Shown here one piece after another: positions 9,932-18,073 of a DNA stretch of 64,000 nt (its first letter is position 1; the number at the start of each line of letters is the position of its first letter). The DNA lies in contig CAJUES010000005.1 in NCBI GenBank assembly GCA_910585765.1, positions 19,351 to 83,350 of the forward strand, given 5' to 3'. This stretch comes from an uncultured Lachnospiraceae bacterium (GTDB lineage: Bacteria > Bacillota > Clostridia > Lachnospirales > Lachnospiraceae). The notes below the pieces were generated by a model, which was not told where the DNA came from, did no database searches, and was given only the letters and a program-made list of their open reading frames with translations. Made by a program: the position numbers and the translations under genes.

Positions 9932-11069
9932 AGAGCAATACGACAAGATCATCATCGGCGCGGGGCTGTACGGACTTTATTCCGCGTACTTCTGCGCGGG
10001 GCGCGGGCAGCGTGTGCTGGTGCTCGAGTGCGATGATGCGCCGTTTCGGCGGGCGACTTACATCAACCAGGCGAGGGTGCACCAGGGGTATCATTACCCG
10101 CGGTCGCTGTCGACGGCGATGAAGTCTGCGGGATATTTCGCGCGTTTCAACAAGGATTACGGCTTTTGTATCAACAGGGAATTTCAGAAGGTGTACGCCA
10201 CCTCCAGCGAGTACTCGTGGTCCGACGGCAGCCAGTTCCGGAAGTTCTGCGAGGCGGCGGACATACCGTGCGAGGAGCTTCCTCCGGGCAGATTTTTTAA
10301 GGACGGCATGTGCGACGGGGTGTTTCTGACGCGGGAGTACACGTATGACGCCATGATCCTGAAAGCGTATTTTGAGGAGAAGCTCCGGGAGATGGGCAGC
10401 CGGGTGGAGATCCGCTTTGGTGCGGATATCGAGCGGATCGAGAGGACGCAGGATGCCTATGTGCTGCACGTGAGAGAAAAGGACCGGCTGCAGGAGTACC
10501 GTTCCGGGTTCGTGTTAAACGCCACGTACGCCTCCACCAACCAGATCCTCGATCTGCTGGGGTTCGATAAGTTTGGTATAAAGTATGAGTTGTGTGAGAT
10601 CATACTCTGTGATGTCAACGACAAACTCAGGGAGTACGGCTTTACGGTGATGGATGGCCCGTTCTTTTCCATCATGCCGTTTGGAAAGACGGGGCTGCAC
10701 TCGCTCACGTCGGTCACGTTCACGCCGCATGCGACAAGCTATGATGCCGTTCCGACGTTTGCATGCCAGGCGGACAGCGACGGCTTCTGCTCCGGCAGGC
10801 ACCTTGGCAACTGCAATGACTGCAAGGCAAAGCCAGGGACTGCCTTTCCGTACATGGCGAATCTGGCGCGCAAGTATCTGCGGGAGGAGTACGGGTTTGC
10901 GTACAGGGATTCCCTGTTTTCGATGAAACCGATCCTGATGAGCTCGGAAATCGACGACTCGAGACCGACTGTGGTGAGAGTCTACTCGCAAAAACCTGCA
11001 TTTGTGGGCGTTTTGTCCGGAAAGATCAACACGGTCTATGATCTGGATGACATATTAGAAGGAGCGTGA
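9915..11069 (+). CDS. FAD-dependent oxidoreductase (glycan-locus type)
   Basis: IIGAGLYG Rossmann motif; NQARVHQGYHYPRS; Cys cluster CX7CX7CX2C near the C-terminus. Confidence 0.8.
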   Translation: MTMKHKEQYDKIIIGAGLYGLYSAYFCAGRGQRVLVLECDDAPFRRATYINQARVHQGYHYPRSLSTAMKSAGYFARFNKDYGFCINREFQKVYATSSEYSWSDGSQFRKFCEAADIPCEELPPGRFFKDGMCDGVFLTREYTYDAMILKAYFEEKLREMGSRVEIRFGADIERIERTQDAYVLHVREKDRLQEYRSGFVLNATYASTNQILDLLGFDKFGIKYELCEIILCDVNDKLREYGFTVMDGPFFSIMPFGKTGLHSLTSVTFTPHATSYDAVPTFACQADSDGFCSGRHLGNCNDCKAKPGTAFPYMANLARKYLREEYGFAYRDSLFSMKPILMSSEIDDSRPTVVRVYSQKPAFVGVLSGKINTVYDLDDILEGA

Positions 11070-11072
11070 CAC

Positions 11073-12014
11073 ATGACGAACAAGGAGAAAAATTTTATGT
11101 CCGCGGTGCTCTATGTGCACAACGATGAGGCGGTGGTCGCCGGTTTCCTGCGGATGGTGATGGGGGTGCTGGAAGCGCATTTCGAACACTCGGAGATCAT
11201 CTGTGTGAACGACTATTCCCAGGACGGCAGTGTGGATATCGTGCGCGGGATCAGCAGGGAGGCAAAAAGCACCACGGTCACGGTCCTGAACATGAGTTAC
11301 TTTCACGGAACAGAGGCGGCGATGAATGCCGGGATGGATCTGGCGATCGGTGATTTCGTGCTGGAGTTTGACGCGTGTGTCCCTGATTTTGCAGCGGCGG
11401 AGATCATGCGCGTGTATCAAAGATCCCTGGATGGGTTCGATATCGTGAGCGCCTCTCCCGACAAGAAACAGCGGCTCACGTCGAACCTGTTTTACAGGGT
11501 GTTCAACAAGTACACGGGCTATTCGTACCCGTTAGGCACAGAGCGGTTCAGGGTGCTGAGCCGCAGGGTGATCAACCGCATCAGCAGCATGAACAAGTCC
11601 GTGCCGTACCGCAAGGCAGTGTACGCAAACTGCGGGTTAAAGACTGCGAACATCCGGTATCCGGTCACAGGCGGCCAGGCGGTCAGGGAGGATGCGGCGC
11701 AGCGCAAGTACAGGAGGGACCTTGCGGTGAACAGCATGATCCTGTTCACGGGGCTGGGCTATCGGTTCGCCGTCACAATGACGATACTCATGATGGTGGT
11801 GGCGGTGGCGGTGGCGGTGTACTCGGCGGTGGTGTATCTGTTCAGCACGCCGGTCGCAGGCTGGACGACGACGATCTTTTTCATGTCCTTTGCCTTTTTT
11901 GGATTGTTTGGAATACTCACGGTCATCATAAAGTATCTGCAGATACTGGTCGACCTGGTGTTCCGGCGCAGGAAATACAGTTTTGAGAGTATTGAAAAAA
12001 TGGGAGGAAACTAA
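11073..12014 (+). CDS. GT2 GtrB-like protein with degenerate motifs
   Basis: VNDYSQD motif, EFDAC in place of DADLQ, two C-terminal TM helices with GWTT. Confidence 0.7.
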   Translation: MTNKEKNFMSAVLYVHNDEAVVAGFLRMVMGVLEAHFEHSEIICVNDYSQDGSVDIVRGISREAKSTTVTVLNMSYFHGTEAAMNAGMDLAIGDFVLEFDACVPDFAAAEIMRVYQRSLDGFDIVSASPDKKQRLTSNLFYRVFNKYTGYSYPLGTERFRVLSRRVINRISSMNKSVPYRKAVYANCGLKTANIRYPVTGGQAVREDAAQRKYRRDLAVNSMILFTGLGYRFAVTMTILMMVVAVAVAVYSAVVYLFSTPVAGWTTTIFFMSFAFFGLFGILTVIIKYLQILVDLVFRRRKYSFESIEKMGGN

Positions 12015-12015
12015 C

Positions 12016-12996
12016 ATGGTAGCATTGGTAGGGTATACAGGATTCGTGGGAAGCAATCTCTACGCGCGGGCGAGAAACCGCATCAAGGGAGTGTATAATT
12101 CGCAGAATGTCGAGAAAGCATATGGATTAGAACCCGAGGTGCTGATCTATGCGGGCGTGCGCGCAGAAAAATATCTCGCAAACAGTGAGCCGGACCGGGA
12201 CATGGAGCTGATCCTGCAGGCGGAGAAAAACATCAAAGCGATCAACCCCCAGAGACTTGTGCTGATCTCCACGATAGACGTGTACCAGAATCCTGTGGGG
12301 GTGGACGAGACGGATTCGGTGCTGTCGGGCGGAAAGGGCGGAGCCGGCAACGGCATACAGCCGTACGGGCTGAACCGGTACTATCTTGAGTCGTGGGCGA
12401 GAAAAAATTTTCCGGATGCCCTGATCGTGCGGCTTCCCGGGCTGTACGGGTACAATATCAAGAAAAATTTCATCTATGACTACATCAATGTCATACCGCA
12501 TATGCTGAAAAAGGAAAAGTACCTGGAGCTGAAAGTGCTTGAGAAGGCGGACGATGCCGTCATGCTGGATGCCTGCTATGAGCCGGCGAACAACGGATTT
12601 TACCGATGTGTGAAGCTCGACAAGGAGCGCAGGGATCTGCTGCAGAAGAAATTCAGGCGGCTGGGCTTTACGGCGCTCAATTTCACGGACAGCCGCAGCT
12701 CGTTTCAGTTCTACTCGCTCGGACGGCTGTGGGAAGATATCCAGATCGCGCTCAATGAGGGGATCACGCTGCTGAATGTGGCGACCGAGCCGGTCACGGC
12801 AGCCGAACTGTACAAGGCGCTCACAGGCGATGTCTTTAAGAACGAGCTGAAAGGCACACCTGCAAAATATGATTTCAGGACTACATATGCGTCAAAATTC
12901 GGCGGCAGGGGAGGCTATATCTGCAGCAAGGACGAGATCCTGACAGATATCAAGCTGTTCGTGAAGCATATGATCACGGAGGGGGAGCGGAGTTAG
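12016..12996 (+). CDS. NAD(P)-dependent epimerase/dehydratase-like (extended SDR)
   Basis: GGAGG RBS; GYTGFVGSNL, ISTIDVY, YGLNR (YxxxR), VRLPGLYG. Confidence 0.75.
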   Translation: MVALVGYTGFVGSNLYARARNRIKGVYNSQNVEKAYGLEPEVLIYAGVRAEKYLANSEPDRDMELILQAEKNIKAINPQRLVLISTIDVYQNPVGVDETDSVLSGGKGGAGNGIQPYGLNRYYLESWARKNFPDALIVRLPGLYGYNIKKNFIYDYINVIPHMLKKEKYLELKVLEKADDAVMLDACYEPANNGFYRCVKLDKERRDLLQKKFRRLGFTALNFTDSRSSFQFYSLGRLWEDIQIALNEGITLLNVATEPVTAAELYKALTGDVFKNELKGTPAKYDFRTTYASKFGGRGGYICSKDEILTDIKLFVKHMITEGERS

Positions 12997-13011
12997 CACT
13001 GCACGCTTGAA

Positions 13012-13062
13012 TGATGTATTTCAGTGATATATTCAGTGATACATTTTAGTGGTATATTTCAA
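13012..13062. repeat. Four degenerate 12-13 bp AT-rich tandem repeats (TGATAYATTTCAG)
   Basis: tgatgtatttcag / tgatatattcag / tgatacattttag / tggtatatttcaa in an intergenic spacer. Confidence 0.75.
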
Positions 13063-13097
13063 TGGTGTGTGGAGACGTTGGGATGGGAGGTGTGCGC

Positions 13098-13919
13098 ATG
13101 AAAATGGCGATATCAAACATTGCGTGGGACGCCGGTGAGGACGCGGGCGTTTACGCCCTGATGCGTAAATATGGCTACACGGGGCTGGAGATCGCGCCCA
13201 CGCGCTTTTTTGCGGCGGATCCCTACGGGGATCTGGAGGCTGTGGGACGGTGGCGGGAGGCGTTTGCGGCGGGAGAAGGCTTTGCGGTTCCGTCGATGCA
13301 GTCGATCTGGTTTGGCAGGACGGAGAAACTGTTCGCGGATGACACCCAGAGGCGGACTCTTTTGGACTACACGAAAAAAGCCGTGGATTTCGCGGTGGCA
13401 GCAGGCTGTGCAAACCTTGTGTTTGGCAGCCCAAAGAACAGGGTGCTCCCCGACGACGGCAGCAGGGAGGCGCGGCAGCAGGGGATCCGCTTCTTCAAGG
13501 AGATCGGTGATTATGCGTGCGCGGGACAGACGGCGGTCGGCATGGAGGCGAACCCTGCCATATACGGCACGAACTATATCAACACGACGCGGGAGGCATG
13601 TGATCTGATCAGGGAGGTCGCGTCGCCGGGATTTCTGCTCAATCTCGACACCGGGACCATGATCGAGAACCGGGAGCCTGTGGAGACGCTGGAAAAAAGC
13701 GCGGAGCTGATCCGCCATGTACATATCAGTGAGCCGTTTTTGAAGCCGGTCGCGATGGACCGCGGCAGGAGGCAGTTCCACGCGGAGCTGGCGGCCTTCC
13801 TGCGGGAGAACGGATATCAGGGGTATGTGTCAGTGGAGATGGCAAAGACGGAGGACGCGTCCGGCAGGCTGTCTTTGCTGGACGAGATATTGGCGTATGG
13901 AAGGGAGATGTTTGGATGA
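13098..13919 (+). CDS. Sugar phosphate isomerase/epimerase (xylose-isomerase-like TIM barrel)
   Basis: GGAGG RBS; ISNIAW, VFGSPKNR, MEANP, NLDTG, HVHISEP, SVEM (E/D/H/E metal ligands). Confidence 0.75.
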   Translation: MKMAISNIAWDAGEDAGVYALMRKYGYTGLEIAPTRFFAADPYGDLEAVGRWREAFAAGEGFAVPSMQSIWFGRTEKLFADDTQRRTLLDYTKKAVDFAVAAGCANLVFGSPKNRVLPDDGSREARQQGIRFFKEIGDYACAGQTAVGMEANPAIYGTNYINTTREACDLIREVASPGFLLNLDTGTMIENREPVETLEKSAELIRHVHISEPFLKPVAMDRGRRQFHAELAAFLRENGYQGYVSVEMAKTEDASGRLSLLDEILAYGREMFG

Positions 13920-14707
13920 TCTACGGAGGGAGAATGGGCGTTCCTGCCTTCGCGTATTACGAGTATGAACAGAAGCGTAAGGAGTATGTCGTGCTGATAC
14001 CTGTCATCAATGAGGGGGAGCGCATCTTAAAGGAACTCTACCGCGCATATAAACATCAGATCGCAGACCACGCGGATATCGTGATCTGCGACGGCGGTTC
14101 GACGGACGGGAGCCTCGAGGAGCGCAAGCTCAGAAAGCTTTCGGTGAACACACTGCTGGTCAAGAAAGACAAGGGAAAGCAGGGCGCACAGCTGCGCATG
14201 GGGATCTACTGGGCACTCAGAAGGGGGTACAGGGGCGTGATCACCATAGACGGCAACCACAAGGACAGCATCGAGGACATACCGCGCTTCATCCGGAAGC
14301 TTGAGGAGGGGTATGACCTGGTGCAGGGCTCTCGGTTTGCCAGGGGAGGCAGGGCGGTCAACACGCCGTTTGTCAGGAATATAGCGGTGCGTCTGATTCA
14401 CGCGCCGGTGATCTCGCTGACAGCGGGGCAGCGCTTCACCGACACGACCAACGCTTACAGGGCGTACTCCGCGCGGTATCTCTCAGACGACCGTGTGGCG
14501 CCGCTGCGCGACATTTTTATGACGTACGAGCTGCTTGCCTACCTCTCTGTCAGGGCGACGCAGCTCGGCTACAGGGCGTGTGAGATCCCGGTCACGCGGG
14601 CGTACCCGAGGAGGGGCAAAACACCCACAAAGATCAGCTTTCTCAAGGGAAACAGCGAGCTGATGAAAATACTGTTTCTCAATTTCTTGGGGGCGTACAA
14701 TCCGTGA
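13916..14707 (+). CDS. GT2, polyprenol-phosphate glycosyltransferase (DPM1-like, soluble)
   Basis: IPVINEG, CDGGSTDG, TIDGNHKD, VQGSRF, DTTNAYRAYS. Confidence 0.8.
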   Translation: MIYGGRMGVPAFAYYEYEQKRKEYVVLIPVINEGERILKELYRAYKHQIADHADIVICDGGSTDGSLEERKLRKLSVNTLLVKKDKGKQGAQLRMGIYWALRRGYRGVITIDGNHKDSIEDIPRFIRKLEEGYDLVQGSRFARGGRAVNTPFVRNIAVRLIHAPVISLTAGQRFTDTTNAYRAYSARYLSDDRVAPLRDIFMTYELLAYLSVRATQLGYRACEIPVTRAYPRRGKTPTKISFLKGNSELMKILFLNFLGAYNP

Positions 14708-14744
14708 GCTCCAAAAGCTTTTATCATAATGCCGGCGATAGCGC

Positions 14745-14774
14745 TTTACATGACGACAGAGAGCGTGGTATAAT
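14745..14774 (+). promoter_or_regulatory. Sigma-A-type promoter
   Basis: TTTACA-18 bp-TATAAT with extended TG. Confidence 0.6.
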
Positions 14775-14866
14775 GGCGTGAGATATGAAACCGGATACTG
14801 CATTGAAGCGTATTTCGACAAAAAGTCGAGGGAGCAGGATGCAGCGTACAGGATGGAGAATACAGG

Positions 14867-16291
14867 ATGGAGAATATCAGGCGGAAAAACAAAATGATAG
14901 AGACGTACAGTGTCCTTGTGATCGATCTTGTGTGCGTTGTCGTCTCCTATGCAGTGTCATTGTTCATTCGGTTTAACATCATTCACTACGAGAATTACCC
15001 CAAACAGTTTCATCTCATGGTCGGGGCATACATTGTGATCCTGTGTCTGCTCTACAACATGTTCCTTGACGCGAACAGAAATTATTTTATACGGGGCTAT
15101 TACCAGGAATTTTACTACACGGTGCGGTACACGCTGATTCTTGTGGTGGGGCTGGTCGTGATCCTGTACCTCACGCAGCAGTCGTATGCGTTTTCGCGCT
15201 CGGTGTACGGGATTTTTGCGGTGCTGAACACGCTGGTCACGTACGGGATGCACATGGCATTTAAAAGGGCGATCTGGAAATACTACAGGAAGAGCACGAG
15301 CGCCGAGAAGATGCTTGTCGTCACAAAGGACATCCTGGCGGATGAGGTGATTGGCAACCTCATCAGGGGGAAGGAATGGTACTATGACATCACGGCTGCC
15401 GTGATCTATGATACAAACAGAAAAGGCGGCGAGATCAGGGGCGTGCCGGTCGTGGCGTCGCGCGATGACCTGTACGAGACGGTGATCCAGATGATGGTGG
15501 ACGAGGTGTTCATCTGCCTTCCCGGCGAGCCGCTGATCGACCTGCGCGACATGGTGCAGCGCTTTGAGGAGATGGGGCTTACCTGCCACTACAATGTCGA
15601 TCTGTTCAGCCATGCCAATCCCAACACGTACGTGCAGCAGATGGCGGGCTACAGCGTGATATCGTTCTCGCTCAAGACGATGGACTCAAGGCGCCTCCTC
15701 ATCAAGCGGGTCATCGATATAGCGGGGGCGGTCGTGGGGCTTGTGCTCACTGCCGCGATGACGCCCTTTGTGGCGCTGGCGATCAAGATCGATTCGCCGG
15801 GCCCCGTGTTTTTCTCACAGACACGCATCGGGAAAAACGGGCGGCGCTTCAAGATATGGAAGTTCCGCTCCATGTACACGGACGCGGAGGCGCGCAAGAA
15901 GGAGCTCGCGGCGCACAACGAGGTGAAGGGGCTGATGTTCAAGATGGACGACGACCCGCGCGTCACCAGGGTGGGAAGGTTCATCAGGAGGACGAGCATC
16001 GACGAGACGCCGCAGTTTCTCAACATCCTGGTGGGGGATATGAGTCTGGTCGGCACGCGCCCGCCGACGGAGGATGAGTTTGAGCACTACAACGGTTATT
16101 ACAGGAGGCGCATGAGTATCACCCCGGGGCTGACAGGGCTGTGGCAGGTGAGCGGCAGAAGCGATATACAGGATTTTGAGGAGATCGTAAAGCTCGATTT
16201 GGAATATATAGATAATTGGTCCTTGGGGCTCGACATCAAGATCCTGATCATGACGGTGTTTGCCGTTCTTGGGGGGAAAGGCTCAAAATGA
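14867..16291 (+). CDS. Priming polyprenyl phosphoglycosyltransferase (CpsE/WcaJ-like sugar transferase)
   Basis: KRVIDI, WKFRSM, DDPRVTRVGRFIRRTSIDE, GDMSLVGTRP, PGLTGLWQ. Confidence 0.92.
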   Translation: MENIRRKNKMIETYSVLVIDLVCVVVSYAVSLFIRFNIIHYENYPKQFHLMVGAYIVILCLLYNMFLDANRNYFIRGYYQEFYYTVRYTLILVVGLVVILYLTQQSYAFSRSVYGIFAVLNTLVTYGMHMAFKRAIWKYYRKSTSAEKMLVVTKDILADEVIGNLIRGKEWYYDITAAVIYDTNRKGGEIRGVPVVASRDDLYETVIQMMVDEVFICLPGEPLIDLRDMVQRFEEMGLTCHYNVDLFSHANPNTYVQQMAGYSVISFSLKTMDSRRLLIKRVIDIAGAVVGLVLTAAMTPFVALAIKIDSPGPVFFSQTRIGKNGRRFKIWKFRSMYTDAEARKKELAAHNEVKGLMFKMDDDPRVTRVGRFIRRTSIDETPQFLNILVGDMSLVGTRPPTEDEFEHYNGYYRRRMSITPGLTGLWQVSGRSDIQDFEEIVKLDLEYIDNWSLGLDIKILIMTVFAVLGGKGSK

Positions 16292-16295
16292 GAAT

Positions 16296-17048
16296 ATGAA
16301 AGAGTTGAAATATTGTGAGATACTGCGGACGAACATCAATGTGACCAGCATGCAGGACACGCTTGACTACATCGATGCACAGATCGACGCGCTCCGCGGC
16401 AGGTACATCTGTGTGTCCAACGTGCACACGACAGTGATGGCGTACGAGGACGAGCACTACCGCGCGATACAGAACAGCGCGGCGATGGCGCTGCCCGACG
16501 GGGGACCGCTGTCGAGGTACAGCAGGGCTGCGGGGTTTCGGGAGGCGGAGCGCGTGACCGGTCCGGATCTGATGGTGGAGCTGTTTCGGATCTCGGGACA
16601 GAAGCGGTACAGGCACTTTTTCTACGGCTCCACGCAGCAGACGCTCGACGACATGCGGACGGCGCTTTTGAGGGACTATCCCGATATGGTGATCGCGGGC
16701 ATGTACGCGCCGCCGTTCAGGGCTCTGACAGCGGAGGAGGACAGGGAGATCACCGCCAGGATCAATGACGCCAGACCTGACTTTATCTGGGTGGGGCTCG
16801 GGGCGCCGAAGCAGGAGGAGTGGATGTACGACCACCGGGGAAAGCTCGATGCGGTGGCAGTCGGCGTAGGCGCCGGGTTTGACTATCTGGCGGGAAATAT
16901 CAAGAGGGCGCCGCGGCTGATGCAGGCACTGTGCCTGGAGTGGCTCTACAGGCTGATGCAGGATCCAAAGCGCCTGTGGAGACGCTATGTGACGACGAAC
17001 GCGAAATTTTTGAGATATATCGTCAGGGAAAAGTTGACGGGAAAGTGA
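16296..17048 (+). CDS. WecB/TagA/CpsF family glycosyltransferase (GT26)
   Basis: LPDGGPL, RVTGPDL, VGLGAPKQEEW, GVGAGFD, LEWLYRL..DPKRLWRRY. Confidence 0.9.
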   Translation: MKELKYCEILRTNINVTSMQDTLDYIDAQIDALRGRYICVSNVHTTVMAYEDEHYRAIQNSAAMALPDGGPLSRYSRAAGFREAERVTGPDLMVELFRISGQKRYRHFFYGSTQQTLDDMRTALLRDYPDMVIAGMYAPPFRALTAEEDREITARINDARPDFIWVGLGAPKQEEWMYDHRGKLDAVAVGVGAGFDYLAGNIKRAPRLMQALCLEWLYRLMQDPKRLWRRYVTTNAKFLRYIVREKLTGK

Positions 17049-17051
17049 CGT

Positions 17052-17087
17052 TTTTTCCAATGGAAGTACTTTTTCCAATGGGAGTCC
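17052..17087. repeat. 18-bp direct repeat x2 containing palindrome TTCCAATGGAA
   Basis: tttttccaatggaagtac / tttttccaatgggagtcc. Confidence 0.8.
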
Positions 17088-17128
17088 CTGCGCATAAAAA
17101 AGAGAGAGAGAAAGAAAAAATAGCAGTC

Positions 17129-18034
17129 ATGGAGAATAAGGTTTGGTTTCACGCGGATGATTATGGAGTGACAAAAGAACAGTCAGAACGGATTTTGGGC
17201 TGCTATCAGAACGGGGCACTGAACAGTATCAGTGTGCTTCCCAATACACCTGCACTCGAGGAATCCCTCGAGGTACTGAACCGGGTCGATCCCGACGGGA
17301 CGAGGATCCGGCGTGTCCTTCACCTGAACTTTGTGGAGGGAAAGCCGCTTGCAGGGGCGGAGAACGTACCAGGGCTGGTTGATGATACCGGCTGTTTTGA
17401 TAAATCGTTTATTCGTTTATTTCAGTGGGATCACTTGAAGAGAGGAGCCGCCAGGCGCAGGATCGTCCGGCAGCTTGGCACGGAGATCGCGGCGCAGCTT
17501 CGGGCTGTGACAAGCCAGTGTGATTATAAGATCACGGCGATCGACTCCCATCAGCATTACCATATGATCCCGATCGTGTTTGACACGCTGATGGAAGTAC
17601 TGTCAGAGAAAGAATTTGAACACCTTAGGATCTGCCAGATTCGCATACCGGTCGATCCGACAGCTCCCCTGATGCACAGCGCACAGATGCTCAGAGGAGT
17701 GCCGGTGATGAACTGGGTGAAGTGGTGCATCCTTAAAATATATGCAGACAGAAACAAAAAAGTTCTGCAGAACAAGGGAGTAGGAACGCCTGTATTTTTT
17801 GGCATTTTCTATACCTGTGAGATGAAAAAGGAAGTGGTAGAGGCGCTGCTTCCGGCATACAGGGCTTATGCGGCCAGGAAGGATCAGGATCTGGAACTGA
17901 TGTTCCACCCCGGAAACCTTACTGCCCGCTATGAGCTCCTGGATGCGAGGCGTGATGAGCTTGCAGATTTTTATATGTCCGACAACAGATATTATGAAGC
18001 CGAATGTTTAAAGCTGCTGAGACGTGATTTTTAG
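17129..18034 (+). CDS. YdjC/ChbG/HpnK family carbohydrate deacetylase
   Basis: HADDYG, LHLNFVEG, IDSHQHYH, ELMFHPG motifs. Confidence 0.85.
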   Translation: MENKVWFHADDYGVTKEQSERILGCYQNGALNSISVLPNTPALEESLEVLNRVDPDGTRIRRVLHLNFVEGKPLAGAENVPGLVDDTGCFDKSFIRLFQWDHLKRGAARRRIVRQLGTEIAAQLRAVTSQCDYKITAIDSHQHYHMIPIVFDTLMEVLSEKEFEHLRICQIRIPVDPTAPLMHSAQMLRGVPVMNWVKWCILKIYADRNKKVLQNKGVGTPVFFGIFYTCEMKKEVVEALLPAYRAYAARKDQDLELMFHPGNLTARYELLDARRDELADFYMSDNRYYEAECLKLLRRDF

Positions 18035-18073
18035 TTTCTGCCTTAATGATAACGATCGAAGAAGGGAAAGCGT

